From: the human T2T-CHM13v2.0 reference genome, Homo sapiens
Assembly: GCF_009914755.1 (NCBI RefSeq)
Contig: NC_060943.1
Strand: one strand, 5' to 3'
Length of the DNA stretch: 64,000 bases
Position 1 is the stretch's first letter. Each line of letters opens with the position of its first letter. The notes beneath the pieces were generated by a model. It was not told the origin of the DNA. It worked only from the letters and a program-made list of their open reading frames with translations, and did no database searches. Shown here one piece after another: positions 17,578 to 28,202 of the stretch. The position numbers were made by a program, and so were the translations under genes.

Positions 17578-17880
17578 GGCCAGGTGTGCTGGCAGAGGCC
17601 TGTAATCCCAGCAGTTTGAGACTCTAAGGCAGGAGGATCACTTGAAACCAGGAGTTTAAGACCAGCCTGAGCTACAAAGGGAGACCACGTCTCTACAAAA
17701 CATAAAACAAATCAAATTAGCCAGGTGCAGTGGTGCATGCCTATAGTCTCAGATACTTGGGAGGCTAAGGTGGGAGGACTGCTTCAGCCCAGGAGTTCAA
17801 GGCTGCAGTGAGTACACTCCAGTCTTGGTGACAGAGCAAGGTTGTGTCTCTAAAAGAAGAAAAAAAAAAAAAAAAAGGAA
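17578..17880 (+). mobile_element. AluJ-like
   Basis: Diverged Alu dimer with A-rich tail. Confidence 0.8.
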
Positions 17881-18129
17881 AGGAAAGGAACGGGGTAAAC
17901 AGGAAAGCCAAAGATCTCGGGCATCTCCAGATGATTCCCTGAACAAATTGTTTTTTCTTGGCTTCAAAACCTTTCAAGATGTATATTTCTTTGTAAAAGA
18001 AGGACATGCCAATTGTAACTTTAAGTGAGCAATCCAAATCCAGCTCCTAAAACCGAAGTATTTTAACTCTCATTCTGATAATATTTATTTTCTGAGGCAA
18101 AGAAGAAAGACAAGATTAGATCAATTGTT

Positions 18130-18335
18130 TCTCTGCCCACTCCATCTCTTCCAACCTGCCTTCTCCCCTTTAATCAAATGTATAAATACTAAGCCTCCTG
18201 AAACCTCTTCAGAGAAAACACAAACCACAGAGGTTTTTTGCAACTCATGTATTCCCAGGGTGCACTATCAGGCTCTGGCTCAATAAAACTCAACTGGTCA
18301 AGACTCTTGCCTCAGTCAGTCATTCTGGATAACCA
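18130..18335 (+). mobile_element. ERV1 LTR 3' part (MER65-like)
   Basis: TATA-like 'tataaata', AATAAA and terminal 'gcctcagtcagtcattctggataac'; family from recall. Confidence 0.4.
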
Positions 18336-20313
18336 CCAGGAGTCCTGCAAAGCCCTTCAGTAATCTATTGCCTGCCTAGGTGATGTGTACCTAGATGAGT
18401 CATATCTTCATGAGCCAAACACTTGTCTTCCTTTTCTGTCTTTCCCAACCCTACCACTCAGTGCTGTGTGCTCTGATCTGACCCCAGTTCCCAGGTTGTT
18501 TGTATAGGTCTAAGAAAGCAAGACCAGGAGGGGCAGGTTGAGAAGGAAGTAAGAGGCCAACAGCAGTGGAAAGTGGCAGGTAGAGCTGTCATTGCTCAAA
18601 GCCACACACACTGGGTGCATTGTATGAATTTTTCTGGATTCAAAATCTTTTCCCTGTGTGTCTATCTAGAAACTCACCCTCCTCCTACTTTCTTCTCATT
18701 ACATTTTCTGTTTCTAGTGCACTTGTTTATGTCCAGAGAATGGCCATGCAAATAGTTGACAATAGAATAAACAATGACGTTTTGTGAGACTTGGTAGCTG
18801 GCCTTTGTTTTTTCCAAAAGAGATTGAGGTTTCTAAAAGCTAGCTTTTATGCAGGGCTGTGCAGTTGTGAGTGTAGTTTTATGGAACAGGTGCATAAGTG
18901 AAGGGTGAGATAGAAAACAAAATGCTGGCTGTTTGTCAAATCCTGAAAGTGAATGGGACAAAAATCATTTTTGAAGAAGGATGTCATTCAGGAGACCTTG
19001 TAAATCTTAGAGTGTCCTCTTATCAGATGAAGTGGAGGATGAGGTTGAATTATGGAGTTAGGTGACAGTGGGTACATACTTCTCTGCCTCAGTTTTTTTT
19101 TTTTTTTTAATCTGTAAAAATGGGGATTGTGGTACTTGGGATTTTTTGGTGAGGACCGTAGTTAACTGGAAAGCTCTCAGGATAGTGCCTGGTACATAGT
19201 GAATGCTGCATCAGTGTGAGCTATTATAATTATGGGAATAGACAAAGGTGCCACCCTGGCCATCCAGAGTGGGGAGATATTTTCTGGTCAGAGTCCAGGC
19301 AGGCCAGCTGGAGATGAAGCTGATTAGTGGGGACGCTTAACTTCCAGGAGTGGAAGAATTTAGGAGGAGTAAACAGAATGCACAACATTCTGTAAACATT
19401 CCTTTACCCAACAGTAGGAATACTCAGAGTGGGTGTGTCTTCCGTGACAATCATTATCTCCTGGGAATCTAAAAATGTGTCCTAGAGTCAAATGGCTTTG
19501 ATGTAAGCCAAACCCAGAAATGGGCTTCAGGGCTGCCTGGCACATAGCATTCATTCATCTTGAAAAAGGAAAGCATTCATCTTGCTAAAGGAATCCCCTT
19601 TTCTGGCCCAGGCCATTATTTTTGTTTTAGTACTATCCTAATTTTTAAGGTATAAGGAGAAAGACTGAAGAATAAAATAATAAAGTACGTGTATGAAATA
19701 ACAGGGTAGAATTGAGACTGGTACGTGTAAGTTAAGAGAAATTGTGTATAAATTTTGTGTGAACAGAAAAAGGATTTCTTGTTGCAAACAGACCTCTCCA
19801 TATAAATAATACCTATTGCCTCGAGTGGATAGCAGACCGCATCACAAGAACATTCCAGCAGAGTCATGAGAGAATGGTTAGTGTGGCTTCTTTAATTGGC
19901 AGGTTAGACTGAGTAAGTTACTGAAGAGAAAGGAGTTGAAGGAGAAGATGGGTGCGGGCAAGAAAAATGGGAAGGTGAAAGGAAAGGACTGAAAGGAATG
20001 TTTACCAAGGGCTCATCAGGTACCAGGCTCTGTGACTAATGTCTTACACATGTTAATTTACTCTTCCACTGTCATTTTCTGATGCAGTAAGAGTCAGCCT
20101 TACACTGCAGATGAGGAAAGAGGCTGAGGGAGGTCAAATGAGTGGCACAGGGTCATCCAGCCACTTCATAGCAGAGCTAGTGTGTTTCACTGTGGTTTGT
20201 GCAGACAGAAAAGTGAGACATGGAAGGAAGGCAAAACATTTTTGTTGTGGGTGATGTTTATGAAAGTGACCCTTATGAGGCAGAATAATGGCCTCTTAAA
20301 CATGTCCACATCC

Positions 20314-20618
20314 GGGCTGGATGCAGGGGCTCACGCCTGTCATCCCAGCACTTTGGGAGGCTGATACGGGTGGATCACGAGGTCAGGAGTTCGAGACCAG
20401 CCTGGCCGACATGGTGAAACCCCGTTTCTACTAAAAATGCAAAAATTAGCTGGGCGTGGGGGCGCATGCCTGTAATGCCAGCTACTTGGGAGGCTGAGGC
20501 AGGAGAATCATTTGAACCTGGGAGGCGGAGATTGCAGTGAGCCTAGATTGTCCCACTGCACTCCAGCCAGGGCAACATGAGTGAAACTCTGTCTCAAAAA
20601 AAAAAAAAAAAAAAAAAA
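20314..20618 (+). mobile_element. AluS inserted in an MLT1-type LTR (~20265-20840)
   Basis: Full Alu with A tail, flanked by acatcc repeats; MLT1 text 'cagaataatggcc...' resumes after it. Confidence 0.85.
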
Positions 20619-20964
20619 TCTACATCCTAACTCTTGGAACACATGCATTTACTTTTCTTGGCAAAAACACTGTTCAAAGGTGATGAAGTTGAGTATCTTG
20701 AGAAGGAAAGCTTATTCTGGCTTATCTGGGTGGCTCCCAGTTTCATCATAAGGGTCCTTGTAAGTGAAAGAGCAAGGCAGGAGGCTCAGGGTGAGAATGA
20801 TGCAGTCTGAGAGACTCCACTGGCCATTGCTTCCTGTGAACATGTGTGATAAGACAAAATTATAACTAATTTAGTTATAGATGTAATTGGCTTTTATTTG
20901 TGATTTATGATTTGGGGCAGCTCTCCCTCTACAGATGCCTCAGCATCCCAAGTAGCTGGGACTA

Positions 20965-22066
20965 TATTGCGGGATCTGGCCTGCAGCCTGCAATGCAATG
21001 GGGCTCTTTCTTTGTTCTCAGGCAGATCGGCAGGTTGAGAAATAAAAGACACACACAAGATAGTGAAAGCTGGGTCCAGAGGGGTCACCGCCTTCTGGTC
21101 CTGCGATGCTGCCAATGCACTGGATATACCAGCATTTATTATTAAGTTTAGTGAGAGTGGGGGTAGGTTAGTGAGAGATTTAGGGCCATTTATAGGCTCT
21201 CCACAAGGGTCGCATTCCATTCCCAGAGCTATGGACATCTGCTTTTCTGGGATAGGAATCTTGGTAATGTGAAACCTCCCTGACTGCATGTCCGTTCATA
21301 GGCTCTCTGCAGGGGGAAGCACATCACGTGCTGTTGGCTCATTCTGGCAGTCCAACCTGGCATTTGTCTTTACACAATCCTGCATGCAATTTCGTATTTA
21401 CAATAATCAGGAGCATTTCATCTTTTATTCCATAGCAATAGTTTCAGGGGGTCTCCCTACATCTCCCCCTTTTCTCCAATTTAAATGAACCATAGCAATC
21501 ATAGCTTGGCACTGATCACGATTGGATTGAAGAATATTTTTTTCCAATTTTACACATGAACAATAAACCAATAGCACAAATTATACACAGAACAAAATTA
21601 ACGATAGTGGATCCTCCCAAAGATTTTACCTATTGAATGGGGTTGAGATTAGATAACCCCTCAGAGATACTGTCTAAAACTTCAGCACTGGGTAAAGCAG
21701 TTAAGTGTGCTTGAGAAGCTTCAAAAATCTGTTCTTTTAGCTTGCTTAAGTCTAAACTTAAATTATCTTCACTTCCTTGTAAATGGCATTTTACTGATTC
21801 CCAGTTGTGAACAGACTCATTATGTTGGAATGGAGTTATACAAAAATCAGAAGTATTCCAATCAGGTTGCATTTGTAATCTATGTTCTAAACTCATAATT
21901 CTATCTCCCATCCATGTAACAGAAGCACATCATGTGCTGTAGGCTCATTCTGGCAGCCCAACCTGGCATTGTATTTACACAATCCTGCATGCTCTTTTAT
22001 ATTTACAATAATCAGGAGCATTTCATCATTTGTTCTGTAGCAATAGTTTCAGGGCTTCTCCCTACA
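20965..22066 (-). mobile_element. Collapsed HERV-K-type (class II, HML) provirus: partial 5'LTR (22066-21922), env TM remnant (~21920-21480), PPT, 3'LTR (21461-20965)
   Basis: env translation [28 protein letters not shown]...[16 protein letters not shown] is HERV-K TM-like; both LTRs begin TGTAGGGAGA; polypurine tract abuts the 3'LTR; 6-bp TSD ggacta at 20959-20964 and 22067-22072. Confidence 0.9.
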
Positions 22067-22230
22067 GGACTACAGGTGCGCGCCACCATGCCCGGCTAAT
22101 TTTTGTATTTTTAGTAGAGACAGGGTTTCACCATATTGACCAGGCTGATCTCGAACTCCTGACCTTGTGATCTGCCTGCCTTGGCCTCCCAAAGTTCTGG
22201 GATTACAGATGTGAGCCACTGTGCCTCGCC
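22067..22230 (-). mobile_element. Alu split by the provirus (other piece ~20936-20964)
   Basis: 'gcctcagcatcccaagtagctgggacta' and 'ggactacaggtgcgcgccaccatgcccggctaattttt...' join into continuous antisense Alu sequence. Confidence 0.9.
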
Positions 22231-22767
22231 AATAATTAACACATTTCTTTGAGTTTTTGTAATTCCAGCACAAGAGAAACCATTTGATATTTGAAGAATG
22301 GCTGCACACCAGTGAAAACATCTGTAGATTGCACCACACGAGGGAGACTACCAGTATGACTATCAGGAGGAAAATATCAAGAGTTTGGAATATGCACCTT
22401 AGGCAAGATGCAAACCAACTACAATAGGATAGATCAAAGAAGAAGCCAGAAGAGTCTAGTCATTTTAACTAGGCAGCACATTTAATGATTTTTACAACTG
22501 AGTCTGTAATACCCAATGTATTTATCCATGTGCAACAAGAAGCGTCAGAAACTGCACAGGCTCCCCTCTGTTCAGCTGATAGAGAGCAATTCTATTATCT
22601 AGCATTGCATGTCTATGTTAAATTAAAACAGGGAGCGAGAATAGGCAAGTATAGAAGTGGAAGCCTAAAAAAAACTCCATACATTTGAGGAAAACATTGT
22701 GTTACAGATGCAGCTAATGTCAGCCTTTGGGTGGACTAAAGGATCTCTTGGTATGTAAAAATGTGTG

Positions 22768-23060
<293 letters not shown>

Positions 23061-23939
23061 GTGTGGTTGACATGATATATCTGACACTGTTAACTTACTC
23101 TCAGAAGCTACTTCTTGTGAAATCCTAAGTACAGCATTATTCTGGGAAGCAAAGGCGACAGGCATAAGCAAGGACAAATTAAGAGAGGTAAGATTCCCAT
23201 CATGATTGATAGTCTTGTTCTGACATCTTGAGAAAACTGTCCACAGTGTAAAGTCATCAACTTGTTGTCTTGGTTTGCAGTTTGAGTGTCTCTAAGTTAT
23301 GGTGTTGAACATTTGGTGAGTTCTTAGCGGCCCACACCTCAGACATGAGAGTTTTCTCATGAAATTTACATTGAGTTGTCCATCTCCAGCTTATATGGCT
23401 TCAGGAACAGAGCCACTCTTGTTCTTAATTATTTCATTGGAGAAAATTGAATTGGAAGAACTAAAAGAATTCAGGGTCCAGTCCAGTCTACCAGTGGATT
23501 ATAAATACTCAAAGATAATGAACAGTGGTTCAATCTGGTAACAGGTGTACTACAGTTCTGCTTTTCAACATAGTTTTTCTGTCTATAGGAGTCTCTATTT
23601 TTACCAAAGATAATTCCAGTAGGATGAATTTGTTTGCAAAATAGGTTGAGTCTCACCGAACTTGCCCAGACTTTTTACCTAAGTGCGGCAAGAGTAGCAA
23701 TGGACCATAGAGGCTCTTTTTAAACTTCGCTTTGCTAGAAGTTTTTAATAAGAATCTCAGATTAAACTTCCAAAAACCTCTTGAGACTAGGAAGCCAAAC
23801 CAAGGGCAACTTCAGACTTTGCCTGCATTCCCTATGGGTTTATTCTATGTATATTCTCAAATATAACATCCCAGTCAAAGCCTTGGTAATATAACCGATG
23901 TTTTCAAATGTGTCCTGTTATAAAGAGAGCAGATCCTTA

Positions 23940-24394
23940 CTGAAGTTGTGCAAATAACTTTATTACCATAAACATATGAATACTCATGAATAGTTTCCCA
24001 ATTCTGGGGCACTCAGCAAAAGCAAATGTTTCAATTTTTGTTTACAAAAGTATACTTTACCAATTGTTCAAGGAAAAAAGTTCATAAATCTGGAGAATAA
24101 AACATTCAAAGACTCAGCACATTTTCAAATAGAAAATTATGAAAACATTATCCTTTTGATTATTTATTCCAATAAAATTGAGTTTTTTTTCTTCTTTGTC
24201 TTGAATTTCATGAAGGTATCAGCCTGTTCATTAAAATTTTGAAAGTTCTTAGTCCAGTGGTATGATCTTGAAGTTATCAGGAGCTTGTATTCCAGAGTCC
24301 TTGTCAGAGTCTTTTCCATAAATCTCCTTGAAGAAAAAGCAATTTTGGACTGTAGCTGATGGTAAATACTTTGAGGAAGAATCAAAGCAACTGT
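23940..24394 (-). pseudogene. PSG10P: Terminal 3'UTR exon of the PSG pseudogene
   Basis: Acceptor TTCCCAG|ACAG|TTGC (two AGs 4 nt apart); matches recalled PSG3/PSG5-type 3'UTR; 3' end estimated from the AATAAA. Confidence 0.75.
23959..23964 (-). terminator. Polyadenylation signal AATAAA (pseudogene)
   Basis: tttatt on + strand at the end of the 3'UTR exon. Confidence 0.75.
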
Positions 24395-24565
24395 CTGGGA
24401 ATGACAAAGATTTAAAATGACTATGGTTAAAAATCTAATGAGAATTTATTATGGTAAAGACACAGCTCACATAGAAATCTAGTTACTTCTGTGGCATAAG
24501 ACACTATGATAACATATTTGATTTCCAGAAATTTCATATAATTTTTATAATACTCATTAAAAAAA

Positions 24566-24858
24566 TTTTTTTTGAGATGGAGTGTCACTCTCTCACCCAG
24601 GCTGGAGTGCAGTGGTGCGATCTCAGTTCACTGCAAGCTCCGCCTCCTGGGTCCATGCCATTCTCCTGCCTCAGCCTCCTGAGTAGCTGGGGCTACAGGT
24701 GCCTGCCACCACACCTGGCTAATTTTGTTTTTGCATTTTTAGTAGAGATGGGGTTTCACCGTGTTAGCCAGGATGGTCTCGATCTCCTGACCTCGTGATC
24801 TGCCCACCTCGGCCTCTGAAATTGCTGGGATTACAGGCGTGAGACATCACGCCCAGCC
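24566..24858 (-). mobile_element. AluY-like
   Basis: 'ctgcaagctccgcctcc...accgtgttagccaggatggtctcgatctcc'; flanking aatactcat duplication. Confidence 0.85.
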
Positions 24859-26238
24859 TAGAATACTCATATTATTAACATTCCCATAAATATTATTTAG
24901 AGAAGGTTTAGCATCAATTATCCCTTATTTGAAAATGCTTTCTATAAATTTAATATATAAAATAAGGTGGATTTTCCGTTCAGCTTCTGTTTCTCAAGAG
25001 GATTACTGAGTTGTTGGTGTAGCCCATTCATAAATAGGACCAAAAAAGTATAGTCTTATGTATGTTGAAAAAGGTCCTTAGGTAATTCCAGTACTTCCAG
25101 CAGAAAATCATTGATTTAGTTTTAAGTTCTACCTATTACAATAAGAGTTCTCCATCCTTGTTACATGTTAGTAGTGTCAGGGAAGACTTAAAAATTACCA
25201 ATGCCTGGGTCCGTCTCCAGACCTTTAAACTGGAACTAATGGGTGGGGCTTGAGCATCCACTTTTAAAAATGTTTTCCAGTGATTCCAATGTGTAGCTCT
25301 ATTTCCCATCAGATTTCTCTGATTTCTTGTGGCATTCAATTTTTTCTATTTTGGTATCATGATTATTTTCAGGTCTCATTTCCTGTCTTAGGCTTTATGT
25401 CTCCTGGCGTAGGGACCTTGCCTTCTTCATTTCTGTATCTTTTTTAAACACATGAACTGGTCATCAGGAAAAGGTCTCAACCACACATAGGTTGTGTCCT
25501 GAGTCTCAGGTTCACATGTTAATCCTAAAGTCTTTGTTCTCCACGAGGTCAGATGTTGCTTGTGATGAAGGGTGTGGTTAAGTCTGCAGTGCAGATGGTG
25601 GAAGGGATTTCACTGTTTTTAGACATAGCATTGGAACTAAGAATTTTATGTCTATATGGGTGAAGGGGCAGGGATGTGTAGGAAGACAGTTCTAATTAGG
25701 ATGAAGGAATTATACTAGGAAGTAGAGGTAAAGGAAGTGAGAAGGCTTAGTAAATAGAAGAAATGTGAACTTATCAAAGTGGCTAGAGTAGACCACTGGA
25801 GATTCTTGATTAAGTGAATTAACTAGATTTTAGAAAGGTAATGAGGCAGTCATATGCAAGGAAGATTTCAAAGTCTGGAGACAAGAAGTCAAGCAATACT
25901 TTGAGAAGTGGTTGAGCTTTATGGGAATTGAGAGAATTACAGTATTGAGAGATGTTAAAAGTAACGAAGAGGGTTTCATCATGTGAAATTGTGTTTCTCA
26001 TTTGAATCTGAGAAACAAATGAGCAGAGGCTGGAGATAATTATGTCTAAAAGACAGTGGGGTACAGGGAGCATAAAGGCCAGGGAGAAAGGGAACTGTAG
26101 GAATTAGTGCTGAGAAGCAGGAGTTTAGTGGAGGAAGGAGGAGATGCAGTCCCAGATACAAGCAAATAAGTCTTTTCCCTCTCCCAAGCATGGCAGTCAG
26201 CCCTGCAGGAACCAGGATAAGAGAAAAGGCCATCATAC

Positions 26239-26322
26239 CTGCCAGTCTTCCTGAAATACAGAAATGACATCACCGCTGCTCTATTGGAGTAAAGAAAGGA
26301 AGACGTCCTATTCCTGGAGGAG
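26239..26322 (-). pseudogene. PSG10P: C-terminal exon APPGIGRLPFFTPIEQR* (PSG2/3/5/11 type, derived from the CEACAM membrane-anchor exon)
   Basis: Long pyrimidine tract and ACAG acceptor, 84 nt, donor GCAG|GTATGA; stop TGA at 26270-26272. Confidence 0.85.
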
Positions 26323-26670
26323 CTGTCATGGAAAGAAAAGAAAAGAAGGAATGAAGATGATGTTATTTTACATGGGGGAGCTTGAGGAACAGGCATGTAG
26401 CATGAGGTACTCTATAATTGTTTCTTCAAGGACTACATTATTTCTGTTGGAAAATTGATGGGAGATGATTATATTCTTGCAGTTTTTTTTCCCTCTTACC
26501 ATACTTCTAGGTTGGTGATCAGTCCTCTGTCAATTCTCTACTGCACTCAGATATTTTGGAAGGCTTTCAGATGTGAGAAAGGCTGATTGCTATTTTCTAT
26601 GTCATTAGAACTTGCCACCTTTGCACCTTTCCATGGTTGCATCTTTTTCTCAGTGTCTCTGTTATGGCAG

Positions 26671-26708
26671 TCACGAATGAGACCCTGCCAGGTCTCCATG
26701 GCAGGCAC
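26671..26708 (-). pseudogene. Alternative C-terminal cassette GACHGDLAGSHS* (PSG9/PSG6-like)
   Basis: Acceptor AAATCAG|GTGCC, phase 1; resembles recalled PSG9 tail GPCHGDLTESQS. Confidence 0.7.
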
Positions 26709-27869
26709 CTGATTTACAGAAGGCCCAGATCAGTACATTTCAAATTCACCACCTCCTTTGCACAGAAAGCTTCTTTCCTACAGGCTCCCAGGAAGGGTGT
26801 GAAAGCAAGCCTAGTTCTCTGAGGATCTCTTTAACTCCAATGGGTGACTGGTTGGAGGATTCCCCATCAGCCTTGCAAAAACTCTTAGAATTGCATTGGT
26901 ACCTAAAACTTATTTCTCTTTCCTTTTCACAGGAATCAGCCCTGGATAGTGGTCTGTGGGTTCTCCCATACTACCTTCATGCCTGCCCCACATTCCCTCA
27001 GAGGTGTCTTCCCTGATAAATTATCTTGTATGTCTAATCCCATCTTGGATGCATCTCAATTGGTAAAAACTAACATACCAGGCTTGATTCTTTGCACTTA
27101 GCTTTTTTTCTTTCTCTCCCACAAGTAGTCAGTAGCCATGTTCTAGTGTTCTATGTGTTACCTCTTTTTCCATATGTATGGAAAAAGGAAGGTACTGTTG
27201 AGGTGCACTTCCTATGTGCCAGGCCCTGTGCTCAATACTTTACCTGTATCTCATTTAAGCCACACAATAACCCTGTCAGGTAGACATTATTTCCATTTTG
27301 GCAATGAAAAGACAGAAGCTTAGCGTGGTGTAAAATCTTTCCTGGTGTCATATGGCTAGTGACAGGTGGATCTGAGATTTGATTCTAGGACTATTTGACC
27401 TCAAGGCTAATGATAATGGTAGTAATATGGTAGCTGACATTGGTTCCTCTGTGTGTGGCATCTTGTTTCATTGACTGTATTAAACCTTTAAAAGAATTGT
27501 ATGAAGAAAGTAGCCTCATTGCAGTTTTCAGGTGAGGAATCAGAGGTTCAGAGAAGTTGAGTCTTGTGCAAGAAATTTATAACTGTAAACTCTTACATTA
27601 AAAAAGAAGAAAGAGCTCAGGTCAACAACCTACTTTAATACTTCAGGATATGAAAGAAGAACAAACTAAACCCAAGCACAGTGAATGAGGGAAATAATAA
27701 GGATTAGAGTGGATATAAATAAAATGGAGAATGGAAAAATAATAGAGGAAATTACTGAAACCAAAAGTTGATTCTTCAAAATAAAATCAACAAAATTGAC
27801 AACCATTAACTAGATTGACTAAGAAAAAAAGAGAAAAGTTTAAAATTACTAAAATCAGAAATGAAAATG

Positions 27870-28167
27870 GACTCTGAGCATGGTGGGTCGTGTTTTAATC
27901 CTAGCACTTTGGGAGGTCACAGCGGAAGGATTTCTTGAGACCAAGTGTTTGGGCCAGCATAGTTAACCCTGGGAGATGCTGTCTCTACAAAAAATAAAAA
28001 ACCAATTAGCTGGGCATGGTGACATGCACCTGTAGTCCTAGCATCTTGGGAGGCTGAAGAAGGAGAATTGCTTGAGCCCAGGAGGTTGAGGCTGCAGTGA
28101 GCCATAGACACACCACTGTATTCCATCCTAGGGTGGCCTACAGAGTGAGAGCCTGTCCCTCTCTCTT

Positions 28168-28200
<33 letters not shown>
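27870..28200 (+). mobile_element. AluJ-like, antisense to the PSG transcript
   Basis: Diverged Alu dimer with long A tail. Confidence 0.85.
27917..27984 (-). pseudogene. Alu-derived alternative C-terminal cassette ETASPRVNYAGPNTWSQEILPL* (PSG6-like)
   Basis: Acceptor TTTTTTGTAG|AGACAG in the antisense Alu left arm, phase 1; resembles recalled PSG6 tail ETASPQVTYAGPNTWFQEILLL. Confidence 0.72.

Positions 28201-28202
<2 letters not shown>

Noticed and set aside
21630-21911. env ORF as a possible domesticated syncytin-like gene
   Set aside because: Only a partial TM fragment: no signal peptide, SU or fusion peptide, first loop cysteine replaced, stop before the membrane anchor
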